A stretch of DNA of 64,000 nt from Moniliella sp. 'wahieum' (lineage: Eukaryota). The position numbers and the translations under genes are program-made. The notes under the pieces were generated by a model. The model made no database searches, had not been told where the DNA came from, and saw nothing but the letters and a program-made list of their open reading frames with translations. Below are positions 1 through 14,920 of the stretch, one piece after another. The stretch covers positions 372,001 to 436,000 of the forward strand of contig RSEE01000048.1 of NCBI GenBank assembly GCA_003971905.1. The letters are read 5' to 3'. How positions within the stretch are numbered: the first letter of the stretch is position 1; each line of letters opens with the position of its first letter.

Positions 1-274
1 AGACTGGATCGCATGCACGTCGTTTGGACGCTTTTTAGTGTTTGTTGGTTTGGTTTCTGAGGTCGTTACGGGGGTTGCTACAAGTTATGAGCATAACGCT
101 AGGATCGGGTACGGTCGGACACACAAGGCTGTAGGCAGGACAAGAACAGATTTCAACCAGTGGATTCCATGTACAGACAGCGCGGGGGCAAAGCGTGTTG
201 GAACGGCGACGGTGTGCTATACATAGCACAGGTCATAGCGAACGAAACAAGGGAGACGCTGAAGGGAGTTTCGT

Positions 275-998
275 TTACTTTTGCGCTTGAGCTTGCGCAC
301 TGAGCTGCTGGCCAGCCTGTTGCAACGCTGCGCCGGCCTGGGAGGCGACTTGGGTTCCCTTGGCCTGCAGGTCCGAGGCAGCTTGGCTCGCTTGCGTTTG
401 CAGGTCGCTGTGGGTTTGGCTGGCTTGCTTTTGCGCCTGGTCAAACGCCTGGTCGGCCTGTTGCGCCACATTCTGCCGCGTCTGCTCAGCAGCCTCCTGG
501 CCCTGGTGCAGGTACGTAGACGCCGTGTTGATCAAGTTGCTCGCCGTCTCGCGCGCCTGGTCGACATAGGACGACTGGGCGCCTCCCTCGCCAGGCTACT
601 CGAACCAAGCGCAACAGGCACAAGAACAGTGACGGGTTAGCACCAGAGCCGCATTGACCCAGTACCTAGTAAGCCCCGCGGCCGGCGAGCATGCCAAGCG
701 AGGAGAGAAGAGAGAAGCAGAGGGGGACGTACCTTGACATAGCTGTTGGCGCTTTCGAGCGCGTGGGACGCCAACTCACGACCTTGGTTGACCAGATCGT
801 TGAGCGACTTGCCCGTCTCGCCGGCCTGCTGCTGGCCGGAATGAAGCGAGCCTTGGATGTACTGCAGCGCATCGGCGCCGAGCTGCTTGCCCTCGTCGAC
901 CAGCTCTGGCCGCCGGCACTGGCTTGGGTCGCGGCGTTGGACGCGGTCTGCTGCACGTCGGCAGCCTTCTCTTGCGCAGCAGCAGCAACGTTGGACAT
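275..998 (-). CDS. LEA/hydrophilin-like Ala/Gln-rich stress protein (2 exons; intron about 596-732)
   Basis: MSNVAAAAQEKAADVQQTAS...LVDEGKQLGADALQY...ANSYVK|PGEGGAQSSYVDQARETASNLINTAS...QAQAQK*. Intron GTACGT..GCTAAC..TAG. TATA-like GTATAAAT about 50 nt upstream. One assembly frameshift near 905. Confidence 0.7.
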
Positions 999-1856
999 GG
1001 CGAGGGTGATGGTAGGGTGTGTGCACCCCGCGGGGGGGGGGGCAGGGATTTATACACGAGGCAGCGCAGCCGCCTAGGGCTGTGCGCTGGGGCGGGGCCT
1101 CAGGCTGAGGCGCGGAGGAGGCCGAGCGCGAGAAGGGCAGCGGGGGGCAGATGGAGGCTGATCCAGCCGACCCGCGTGGCGATCGGCTGGGCAAATGATG
1201 ATGTCATTGGCATGCCCGTCTGAATCGCTGGAAAGAGAGCCGGCGGAGGGTGAGGGTGAGCCGGTGATGGACCGAGGAGGGACGCTCGACGGGTGGCGGG
1301 ATGTGCGTGTGATGTGTGTGATGTGTGTGACTGGCGGCTATCGCAAGCACGGGCCTGGCGGCGCGAGGGGCCATGCATGGTCGACGGGGCACCGAGGCGG
1401 GCCTACGCCTAAGGCCTAAGCGAGTGCGATGGCTGGAAGGCTGTGCAGCCACTCTGGCCATGTGCGCGGCGTCTCACGTGCGCGCCAGACGCACACGCGA
1501 TGGATATTGGATGGCGCAAGGAGTGCGTCTGCTCCACCCTCGCCTATCTCTGCCTCCGCTCCACCCCCGCCTCTCTCGCCCACCCGCACACGCCACACGC
1601 AGATGGGCGTCAACGGCAGAGGCAGAGGTCAACATGCCATGCCAGCACAATCCATCTGTCTCGTCACGCCCAGCGCCCCCGCTCAGATCATGTAGTGCAA
1701 CAACACGCAAGCGGCAGAGACACACGCCTGCCTCTCCGTCCGCTCATCAACATTCAACGTACTCAACCGCCTTGGCTCGCCGTGCTCATTCCTACGCGTG
1801 GCGTGGAGCACATCCAGGCACAGGCCGCTGCGAAAGTGCGCTGGCATCATGTGACG

Positions 1857-3970
1857 TCAGCGGCGCAACGAAGTGGAGGAGGACACGCGCGCAAATGGGT
1901 TGCGCGCACTCGGCACCCCCGGCCGCCCCGGCGGCGGCGTGGGGCGGATCCCATTGGGACTGGGCACGGTGGCCGACAGACTTCGGGAGAAAAGGGAGCG
2001 GCGGGAAAAAAGCGAGGGCGGCGAATGCTCCGTGGCAGGGAGGCTCGAGGCAGGGGTGGAAGCCAGCTCAGCGCTCGTGTTGGACAAGGACGAGTCCCTG
2101 GCTGGAGGGGCAGACAGCAGGCTGCTCCGGCTCCGTTCCCTCGGCCGCGAAAGCGTGAGCATACACTCCTCTTCGTCCCCGTCTTGTCCGAGGGGGAACC
2201 GATCCTCCTCCGCATCGGCAGAGGAGCGAGACATGGTCGAGTCACTTGCCCCCATGGAGGGCAGCGCCGGAGACCGACTGCGCTGCCGACTGGCAATCGC
2301 AGCCAGCGAACTGCTCCGTTGCAACGTCCTCCCAGCTGTACGCACACCAAACACATTCACCGGATCCGGGGCGCGACGGGACTGAGAGTGGGACGATAAG
2401 TGTGGCTGCGACTCGGATCCGACGAGCTGGCGAGAGGAGGGGTGGGACTGCGCGCCGCCAGTGCCCCTGGGATCCATGCTGACGCTGCGCGAAAACGTAC
2501 GACTGGTACTGACTTGGCGGGTCAGCGTAGATGGCCTTCGACGGGGCTCCTCGGTCACCTCACACGGTTGCTGCTCCTCTTGCAAAGCGAGCGCAAGCCA
2601 GGCCGCACAGGAACTTTGGCACTCGCCCGTCGACGGGGGTACGACTTGCGGGGACGATGGGTGGGTACGGGGCTGGTTCGCTCTTTGGTCGACGGCGATG
2701 CGGCGGCAGGAGGCGGGGCAAAAACACTTGGAGCGGAGGAGGTTGCACTGGCGGGGCAAGGCGCCGGAAAACGTAGGTTCTACCAAACTGCTGCAGAGCC
2801 ATTGCGCATCGTCCCGCTCATCTTCAGGCCCACGCTCGCGCCCTCCGGTGCCAAACGAGGATGCGATGGCTACCTCGGGACCCGAGACGTCCGAATCGGG
2901 TGGCATGGCGCAAAGCAAACAAAGCTTGTCTGTCAAATCTTCAAATCGGCTCGCCAGCGCCGCCGGAGCAAGCGAAACCTCCTCTTCAGAAACGTCCATC
3001 GTGTCGGGCCCCCGCTTGGTCGCACCACTCACTCGCCGCCGCACAACGGGATTGCTCAATCCTAACCATCGCGCCGACATGGACTTGCGCTTCCGTTTGC
3101 TCCCCCCCCAGCCGCGTGCGCCACAGGGGCGCTGGTCTTGCGAGTCAACCTGAGTCTCGTGCTGAGTTCAAGCATGGGCTGCGAATCGGCAGCAGTGGTG
3201 GAAACCTGGGATTGGGATGCTCCTCCCCCCTGGGAATCGTCTCCTCCTCCTCCTCCTCCTCTTCGTCACCGTGGGCCCAGGTGGTACCCATTCTTGGGAC
3301 TGGGAAAGATCAGGTTGGGACGCGGGCGTGTCTTGGGATTTGGTGGTAGCGTGCATACGCTGCTGCCACTGCTCCCATCTCCCTCGGTACTGCACACAGA
3401 CTACCTTCATGGCAAACAGCGTGAGGAGAATTTGTAGTTGAAACCCTAGAGAAAGGTTAGCGCGGGGGAAGGGGGGAAGCAGAAGAGAGAAAAGTACTCG
3501 CGACCCTCAATCGCACTGATCCATTGTCGCAACATCCCAGTAGATTGGCCACGGCAGGCAGAGGCGACAAACGTGCCAGGTGCCGAGGACAAAGCGTCGG
3601 TGATGATGGCACATTCGATGGGGTGGAGGGAAGGGGGGCACGGCTCAGCAAGGACAGGGCGCACATCCGGCAAGGCAGAGGGCGCAAGCTGCGCCAGCGC
3701 ACCCGGTACGACGGTGCGCATCTTGTGTGTCAGGGTGGATATGGGAACGAGGAGAGAAGCAAATAGGGGTGCTAGCGCGGCAGGCTCACCAGCCTCAACG
3801 GCCCGATCAACAGTCAGCGCGTAGCTGCGGCCCACTCGCGCAGCGGCGCTAGGCACTCGCCTCCCCAGAGCGTCAGGGCGTAGCGTCGCCGTGCCTCGGT
3901 CACCGCATCGCTTGTGGGGCAGAGCGGGCGTGCGCAGGCTCGAGGAAGTTGAGGCGGTAGGAGTATCCAT
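1857..3970 (-). CDS. SLD3: DNA replication initiation factor Sld3/Treslin-like (intron 3446-3497)
   Basis: Spliced and frame-corrected it reads EGRE|VQLQILLTLFAM, then RFEDLTDKLCLL and DDAQWLCSSLVEPTFSGALPRQCNLLRSKCF. These match the RE-QLQI-L, DRLCIW and FC--V--P-F---LP motifs of the Sld3 Cdc45-binding domain. Ser/Pro-rich C-terminal tail. Confidence 0.7.
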
Positions 3971-6939
3971 CCAAGGCGCCCCCCATCGACGGTTTGTGGT
4001 GGTGGCGGTGGCGGCTGGTCACGCGAGAAAGCACAGCGCGTCGCGTCCAACAGAACGCCCACCCGGTGGGCTCTTTTGTCTGAGATCTGAAATGCCATGC
4101 ACGCCCGCCTCGCGATTTGAAATCTGAAATGCCCCGCGAAGAAACGCCCGATTGATAGGTGTCACATGTCACGTGTCATGCATGTCATCGCTCCTCTTCC
4201 CCCACCACGGCATGGTGCGACTGCTATCCAAACAAGAACGGGGACATAGAAAACAGGAGTGAAGAGGGTGATGAAAAAGACTCATATTGCTGCTGGGTGG
4301 AGCACGCGCTCAGCAGGCCGCCCTCGCTCGGGGGCGGGGGGCGATTCCCTTCGGGTGGACGGGTCAAATATATTGAAGGAGAACACACTTGGGATGTTCA
4401 CAGACGGACATGAAAAGAAATTAAAGCTCCCTGTGGTTTTTGGTTGGCCCATTCGGGGGTGCTGTTGGAACCCAAGGCCACCACTGCCAGGGATATAAAA
4501 AGGAACACGCTCGGGTACCAAAAGACGACCAATTGAAAGGCGTATGTCCGGCCTCATGGCTTCCTTTCGGGATGTCTCTCAGAACCTGGCCCTATATAGG
4601 CCTCCTTTTCCACGAAATCAACAGAAGGTCTAGCTCCTATTACTAAGTCAGTACGATATATAGTGATAAGTCATCTTTCCTATGTGGGGTCGGAAGGCCC
4701 GACTTGTGGTGCCCAGCCAAGTCCGGAAGCCAGCTCATACGACGATCGTATGTCAAGGTGCACCGCTCCTCTTTGTTCTTCACGGAGGCGCTCTGTCACG
4801 GGCGCGGGGCCCGGGGGGCTTATTCAGGTTTGTGGGTACAATCCCTTAATAGGAGACCGACGGGCGACTCACGGTAGTGTCGGGCTTGGGCCAGTTGGTG
4901 GATCCGAGCGGAGTTAGGGAGGGGGGAGGCCTTTGAGCGTGAAGCCGAGGCGGCTGATGCAAATACGGTAAAGCTGGGGACGCACTGGATTGGTCCGTAG
5001 TAACGTGCCTGAAGCCTCCGGGGCGTAGGGACAGAGGTATGGAGGCAGTGGAGGACAAATACTGCGCCAGAGCTGGGAACAAGGAACGCTGATAATGTGG
5101 TTGGAAAGGAGCCCACGCGATAGGCCGTGGTCCCGGACTCGCTGCGGCTGAAGGAAGGCTCGGCGACTGGGCGGATGGAAAGCCGGAGTACGAGAGGTAT
5201 TGGAAGTTGAGGAGGCAGCTAAGTGGAGACAACGTTGCCTGTGTGTACTGAATCGAATGGCGGGAAACGGGCAGGGGTTGGGCAGGAAAGGCGGGAAGGG
5301 ACGAGAATAGAAGGTGGGAAAAGGATCCCCACCCCCCCAGGGGTATAGGCTAGATCAAACGGAAAACGATGCAATAGGGATGTAGAAAGGAAGACATGCC
5401 AAAGAGGGGTTGGTTGCCGCAGGCGCAACATAGAAGAAAGGTAAAGTAAGTGAGGCCGGGGCGATGACTATCGCGAAAAGGTATACCGGAAACTTGGTGA
5501 CCTCTCTCATTAGGCCGTCCGACTTTGACTTGAACGGGGGGCAACTATTGTGGCGAAGATGCATGGCCACAAGGCCACCACCGTACCAAAAATCATCGAA
5601 CTTGGTGGACTGCTGAGCGCGTTGTATTGGGCATGCTCCGAGAAGGGGGCTTAGCTTGGCTCAGACCATCTCAGATTCAACGCAGCCCGTAACACGCTCT
5701 CCCCCCCTTTCTCACTTTACCGCTGAGATCACCAAAGCAATTAAGAATGGTGGATTTGGCATTGATACACTACTGGATGCACGACACACGTTTTGCACCA
5801 GTACGCAGCTCAACAATCTTACAAGCTGGTAGAGCCCAGGAAACTGAAGCCATAATATATAGGTGCAGGGGTCCTTTGGTGAGAACCCGACCCAACGATA
5901 GTTATTGACATTGGCATATGCCTCTTGCGTTACATTGAGCCATCTCACTTTCGAACCGCTCCACCGTGCTTGCCCCTGTCTGAAGTGGTGTCTGATCTTT
6001 TGAGCCTCACTTCGCCTCACCTGTTGGCCTGTCTGAAGCACCAGATCTTGTCTTCTTGAATCGTTTGTTCACAACATGTTCCGCTATATGTGAAACGATT
6101 CGTCTCATCTGGGTCGCTACATGACAGTGGGAAAAGAGTTCTGGTTGAATAACAACGTGCAAGTTGGTTAGGACACAACGAGAATGCCCGGGTGATTGGA
6201 CGCGACAGATGTGTGGACGGCGAGGAAAGTGATGCACATGCCATTGGCAGTGCTGGTGATCTTCACTCTGGGAAGGAGTCTTCTGAGCTCTTGGGGAAGG
6301 AAGAGGGGTCCGAGGAAGATGGCCAAGAGAATGATGACGTGTGGATGGCCCCGCTGACGAAGGCAGAGACGAGCAGTACGAAATATCATACATATTGTCT
6401 GTTGAGCGGACGGGATCTCATCTCGGTGTGGCGGTCGGAATGGATATCCGTAAGCTTCTCTTTCTTCTGATGCAGAGGACGTGTCAGACGAGAATGAGGA
6501 GCATTATCTGAGCTCATCCCAAGCATCGGGCGTCGGGTGCGTGCATCTTCCCCCCTCGACCCTCAGGGCAACCTCGGGCGAGAAATGGAACCCACGGGAA
6601 GACCAGCGCCAAGCGCGATGAGAGTCATGATTTTCCGCCTTCAGTCCCTATAGCAACCACATGATGGTGAGCCTACAACAACTTTTGTCTGTCTTGGCCA
6701 TCATGCCGCTGCGACCTGGCGGGTAGTAATGCCAGGAATGCCAGTAATGCCGCACTCAATCCATATGACAGAGACAACGGGCTAGCGAGAGATGTCGTTG
6801 GTCCGTGACAAAAGTACAGCAACCAAATGGAAACAACAGGCGCAAGAGGGAATACGCATCCGGGCGCGGTCCAGGGAATATGCGGATGAACGTGGGTAGA
6901 GAATCTGAAGCGAAACGGATGAAAACAAAAAGAATTAAG

Positions 6940-9262
6940 CTAACCAAAGCATGAGATGTGTTTCCTGCTCGAAAAGCCAGCATTCTTACTAGCCAGACGA
7001 CGGTTTGATGCTGATCGTCGGTTTGCGCAGCAAGTCGCGAGCACCTTGGATCGCGCCGCGCGCAGCACCCCACGGCGTGGAAGGGGAGACAGGGGGTGCC
7101 GAATCACTTCCAGCCAGTGCGTAGGAAGCAGGCGCAGGCGAAGATGTGAACGAGTACCCAGCGGCAAAGAAGGAGCGGGCGCGGGGTGAGGTGCGCGGCG
7201 GAGCGGGTTTGGTGCTGCGCGAAGCAACAGGGCTGGATGCGGTGTCGCTGAACCAGGAAAAGGAGCTTCGGGGCGAGAGAACAGGGGGACAGGATGGGAA
7301 GGCGAAACAGGCAGAGCATCAGTTAGGACCGGGGTAGGGAAGGCAGTCACGGTGTCCTTGTCCAAGCGAGAGGGGCGGGCGGCGGACCACGTCGGAGGGT
7401 ACTGAGGTGCGACAGGCGCTTGCCCCAGTCGTTCACGGTGGAAGGAGAATGAGAGGAAGAGAGGTCGGGCGGACGGGATTGTTGATCTGCCTGGGTACCA
7501 CCTACCTCCGATCCTTCCTCTTGCCCCACGTCCGCTTGACGTGCGTCCGCTGCCGCAGCACCATTCTTTTCCGCATCCGAATTTAGCAGCGGTCCGGCCG
7601 CGGATGCAGCGCATCCATGGACTTGCGCTCGACGCTGGCTGTGGCAAACTGGGTGGACAGGTAATTGAGGCTGTGGGCTTTGCGAGGCCCAGGCATACGC
7701 CTCGTTCGCGTCACCGTGGGCCCCTCGTAGCTGGACAAGGCATTGAGGTCTAGCTTGATTCGAACGTCGGTATCCTGCTTGTCGAGACAAAGACGGACGA
7801 CACCAATGCACTCTGCCCCTGTGCGCAACAGCAGTTGCTGCATGCACCACCTCCGCTTTCAATGCCATGCCTCCATTCGACTTGGGAACGGAAGAAGAGT
7901 CTTCGATGGGTGAAGCAGGCGCGGAAGGGAACAACCACTCCTGGGTAACGTTCTGGAGTGCAGTGCCTGCCACCCGCAGGTCTTGGCTCGACTCGGCCAG
8001 CAGGCCCATCTCACGCGGTTTGGCTTGCTGCAAGGCGTCGCTGCTGCAAACAGCATCGATCAGGGCCAGCAGGATGCCAACAGTAGCTGAAATGGGCTCC
8101 GAGGGCAGTTCCTTCTCCTTGTCTGCCGTTCGAGGGGGAAGGAGGTATTGATCCAGCCCAAAAACGCCGTTACATGCCCCAAGAGTTGATCGTTGACCTC
8201 GTTAAAGTGGCGAAGCACCTTGATGATGGGATACTCATTCAAAATCATCACCTCACTCTCGGCGCCCAGAATAGAGGACGTAGGAAGGGAAACTTCGGTC
8301 CTGGGAGGACTGGGCAGGGTGCTGGGGTGGGCGAGAAAGGCAGGGTCCCCTGTGGTGGTCGTCTGCCATCTTGCGCGGAACGCAGGTCCTGCATACTTTT
8401 AACAGCGGTGAAGCGGCGTAGTCGCCCGGCCGCTTCCGGTTGGCGGGGTTGGAAGAGAGCAAAGGGAACAGGAATGGCGCAAGAGACGGCCGTTTCGAGA
8501 AACAACCGCACACGAGCTTCGACATCCTGGGCCAAGGGGAGCATGGCATCGGTGGTGTGTGCCCGGAGGTCCGCGGGCACACTTTCATCCGAGGCCTTGC
8601 GTGCCTGGGTGACGAGGCGGTTGAGGGCAGCGAGAATCTGTTTGCGGTCCTTGGCCAGGGTGGGATGGCGGAGGACAGTGGGTGAGTCGCGGGTGAGGCA
8701 GTCGGTGGCAGCCAGGATGGCACGGACGCTGGAGATGACACAGGCCGTGGCGGGCTGGAGATGACGCGCGCGATACGCACTGGCAGCGGCAGATAAGAGG
8801 GAGATGGTGTGGTGCAGGGTATCGAGGATGGGCGCATTGCCGTTGGCCGAGGCGGGGCAGGCGGGGACGGAACGCGGGGCGGGTGGGCGGGGCGGAGGTG
8901 TCATCCTTGGCCGGCACCACATAGTTGCTAGGAAACCAGCCACGTTGGCCCGTCGAGCATGACTCCCCGTCCCACCAGCGAGGGATGGCGGGTGAGGACG
9001 TGGATGCGGTCCTGGACGCGGAAGGAAAGGCATGTGTGGGCGGTGGGAGTGTAGTCGTACAGGGCCACGACCCACGGGTGGGGTTTGTTGGTTGCTGGCG
9101 TTCCAGCGGGTCACCCCCCGTCGCGGTCGCTGGGGGGTATTGCTGGGGGCAGGGGCAGGGCCATGGCGTGGGGACGGAGACAGGGCGGAGGAATGGGGTG
9201 GTAGGCGTTATGGACGGCGGGGACGGAGTGGACAGAGGGGATGGGGACGGAGCAGGTGGCAC
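6940..9262 (-). CDS. SH3-domain protein with Cdc25/Sdc25-type N-terminal helical region; no RasGEF domain seen
   Basis: VVALYDY...WWDGESCSTGQRGWFPSNYV (SH3, about 8920-9075), followed by ISLLSAAA...HLQPATACVISSVRAILAATDCLTRDSPTVLRHPTLAKDRKQILAALNRLVTQARKAS. Several frameshifts; both ends uncertain. Confidence 0.6.
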
Positions 9263-9910
9263 TCTGGCTCTCTCTGACGGTGCGGCAAGCTATAGTCGAC
9301 GACTGCCTAACAGTGGTTGTCTCTGGCCGACTGCGGGGCTGACGCGCTCAGCGCTCACTCAGCGGAGCACAGCGCAGAGCAGCGCAGCGGAGAGAACGAG
9401 GGGACCGGGTCCAACTAGTAACTAAGGTCTAATTGGCCAATGGTGGGCTCGTCGGGGGTGCTGGACAGGCGGGTAGAAGCAGCAGCCGCACCACCACCTT
9501 TTGTTGTGAGTGGGGCAGGTGGAACATCGATACATAATAGAAGCTCTATCGAAGATTGTTGAAGCTTGTTGCTTTTGAATTCAAACAAAAGAGAACATAA
9601 GTATGTTTGGATTTGCCACTCTTCCTGTGTCGGGCGCAACACAGGCGTCTCGGGCGTGTTTTCCCGCCCTCTCATCGATCTCATCCACATGCAAGATGCA
9701 AGATTCCACGTCGAATAACACCCAGTTGCACCGTGCCGTAACCAGGGTGCAAGGTCCCAGCACGCCAGCATGCGTGGCCACCCATCGCTGTTGGGACGCA
9801 CGGTCCCGTACATAGGCCAGGGCGCGTGATCACCCTTTGCCCCTTATTGACCTCCGAAAAGCCTCCACGTGTATACTCAGGCTTGTTGGAACCCCGTTTC
9901 CTCTAGGTGT

Positions 9911-9945
9911 GGCCTAAGGCCTTAGCCTAAGGCCTTAAGGCTTAG
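9911..9945. repeat. 7-nt-period palindromic array (AGGCCT-W)n
   Basis: ggcctaaggccttagcctaaggccttaaggcttag. Confidence 0.8.
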
Positions 9946-10381
9946 ACTGAACCACCACTACCGGCCACCGCGATTGCATTGCTCTACATTTCCAGAGGTT
10001 CATCAACCAACCCCTTGGGTTCCTCCGGTCTTACAATCTCAGATCCCGGGTCTCAGTGTCAGAGCCTCTACCAACACCAGACAACAACATCGCGGGGCGT
10101 TGTGTCCTGGAGCAGACAGGGTGTATCCGGCTATCGGGTATCTATATATCGCGCGGGCCTGCGAGCGCCGGTGGAGAGCACGGCGACATGATGAGGAGCG
10201 CCAGGAGACTGGCGAAGGCATGGGCCTTGGGGGCTCCTGAGACGCCGAGACGATCAGGCGAAATCGTTGTCTGATACAGAGAAGGTCGAGATGCGACCCA
10301 GATCAGAATACCCGCCACTGGTTTTCGGAGCAGGGCGGCACGGGACATGTTGGTAGCGCACAGCAGCGGCCTCTAGCAGCC

Positions 10382-11141
10382 GATTACGGATTGATTACGG
10401 ATTACGCGATTACGCGCGTTACGCGGTTACGCGATACGCGACTACGGCAATCAATTCTGCGCGAATCGATTTCGACAATCGAATCGATCAAGGCGCTCAG
10501 CCCGAGCGCTCAGCGATCGTTTAATCGGCAACCGGACTTACTGATAATCGGGGTAACCGGTAACTGGTAACCGGAGTGACATGTGACATGTGACATGCGA
10601 CAAAATCTCCAAGCAGACCGATTCATAAGGTAACACCCAGGTACCAAAAGCCATATGGCATGCGCGGTGGGCGTACGTATGTCAAAGATGCTCCAACATG
10701 TTCCCCCACGTGTGCTTAGCCTTGGCCGCCGTTGGCCGCCACCTCTCCTTCAAACGTCCCGGATCTAAGATCGATTAACGTTTAACACGTTAACGTTTAA
10801 CGTTTATAAACGTTTACTGAAACCCTCCCAGGTACGCCAGCCCCAAGATCCTTTAACAATAAGAAAAACGATCTCCGGGATCTCGCTGCTGTCTCAAGTA
10901 AACCTCAGCCGCCCTCCAAACCACGTCAGACTTTCGAGACGACACAGCGGGATCTCAGATCTCAGAATTCACATGTTCACATGTCAACAAACCGGTGTCA
11001 AAGTTGAGATGAAAGCGTAGTACGCCATATCAGGCCTCAGGGCGTCGCCGTGTAAGGCGACCACCGATTGCTTTCCATCATCTTTAAAACACCAGAGCCA
11101 GCCACGAAAAAGCATCAAAATTCAAGCTACAAGCTTCAAGC
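10382..11141. repeat. Mosaic of different 7-nt-period palindromic tandem arrays
   Basis: ttacgcg-type 10382-10447; ATCGAT 10464-10490; AGCGCT-C 10493-10515; ACCGGT-A 10552-10574; ACATGT-G 10576-10601; AACGTT-T 10775-10817; AGATCT-C and ACATGT 10951-10986; AAGCTT-C 11121-11141. The ORF track has no entry between 10348 and 11068. Confidence 0.85.
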
Positions 11142-11707
11142 AGCCTCGGCCGATTGCACCACGAAACATGCACTGCTAGCAGTAAGACAATCAACGAATC
11201 TCAACACAGCGGAAACGCACCACCACGTTTGCTCAGTATACGAGAGGACCGAGAAGAATATACCCACTGATCTCGGCCCTTGAAGCTTGGCTTGTTTCCC
11301 GGTACTGGGCTACGCGGATGAGCTCGACGACGCAGCTGGTTCTTTGGTCGAGATCACACAGCCACACAAAACACGGTGCGCAGCACGTCCATCAAAGATC
11401 GGGGGGGCAGTCCGTCAATGTCATCAACAATCGCTTTTTTTATAGTGGCGACGAGCTGTGTTGCACACCCATCACACCACGTTCCCCCATCTTAAGTTGC
11501 GACGTTCAACGTCTGGATGTCCTGCGCGCACGCGACAATGTCTCTATCTCCATCTCTATTTCCATAGTATGACAGCCCCACTATGCATATGAGTAGTAGG
11601 GGCCAAAAGGGTGTGTAGGATCATTTTCGTATGGGTAGTTGTACACAGAACAGAGCCAGCAGAGAAGGGGCAGCCGCGATGGGCTGGGTGGACACAAGTC
11701 AAGTGAC

Positions 11708-13849
<2,142 letters not shown>

Positions 13850-13912
13850 TGCAGACGCAGAAGGCAGGCAGTCGTTGGTGGGATGGAGGCCGCTCGAGCC
13901 GGCTGGGACGCA

Positions 13913-14143
13913 GCTTATATACGTGCTTGACGCCGCGTCCGGCTGCTGGCACGGGCAGCCACGTGGGTACTGCCCCAGTGCCTACCGCTTCGCGGCGGCG
14001 GCGCCACACTGGCCTTCTGCCGGCCTCCACGCTTCTTCCAGCACGCTCCGAGACATACGAGCCACGTCGCACCCACTGCGCTCGTGCCGGAAGAAGACGG
14101 CCGAAAGGCGACACGTGGCGCGGCCTGTCTGCTTCCACGTGGC
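13913..14143 (-). promoter_or_regulatory. BiP promoter: TATA box plus four CCACGT/ACGTGG UPRE-like motifs
   Basis: TATATAAG (minus strand, about 13913-13920); GCCACGTGG 13958, GCCACGTC 14061, GACACGTGGC 14110, TCCACGTGGC 14134. These resemble Hac1/XBP1/Cib1-type UPR elements. Confidence 0.6.
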
Positions 14144-14920
14144 CGCCGCTCTCGGCTGGCATGCCTGCCATGTCCGGTGGGTGGGGGCTATGTCCAGCGC
14201 GGGGAGGCGACGGCGGCTGTGCGCAAGTCCACCTGCCCTTCGGCCTCGTGACTAGTGAGGTCATAGGGCCATTCCTCAGGCCCTCAGGCCTTCAAGCTTC
14301 AGGGCCCACTTGCTGTTCCTGTACCGACGGCCCCGCCTGCCCGTCGGCTCGTCCGACCCCAACTTCCGCTTCCGTATAGAGTACACAGTATACGCTTGCA
14401 ACCACAGCACACACACGACGTCCAGACGCGAATCGCATCCTCTACCCCGACATGCGGCTGTCGATTCAGTCGCCACGCACCGCTGAGCCCGGCCCGTCGC
14501 CACCATGGCGCTTGCTCTGTCATGAATCTAGGGGGAAAGCGACGTCTACTACACTACGCACGGTTCAAAGCGCAAGGTGGAGCCTAAGACATGCGCGGGC
14601 CATGTGCATTTAAATGCAGGGGATGGGACCGGGCAGCCTCAAGGCAGGCGACTGGCGGCCAACGCTTCCACCACTACAGCAAGTGAGGCAGAGCAGGGCT
14701 GTGGGTCGAGCCCACATGGGTTTTTGGATGGGAGAAAGAGCATAGGAGGTGGCCACAGTGAGATTGCTGAGTTGCTCGCTGCCAGAGCAAGAGGGAGCAT
14801 AGCTCGGCACATCTCACACTAAAGGGGGTCCGGTCCAGGCTAGGCCAAGCACACACCAGAGCAGAGAGGTAGAAACGCAAGTGAGCCCTAGCCCCCGCCC
14901 CCCTCACACGACAAGGCCAA

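Noticed and set aside
10181..10247. ATGATGA...CTGA with a short terminal stem resembling a C/D snoRNA
   Set aside because: No rRNA or snRNA complementarity recognised upstream of the D box, and no clear C'/D' boxes.
10382..11141. CRISPR array or cloning polylinker contamination
   Set aside because: There is no constant repeat with unique spacers and no cas genes. Units are degenerate and tandem, and the same arrays recur across native promoters in the window.
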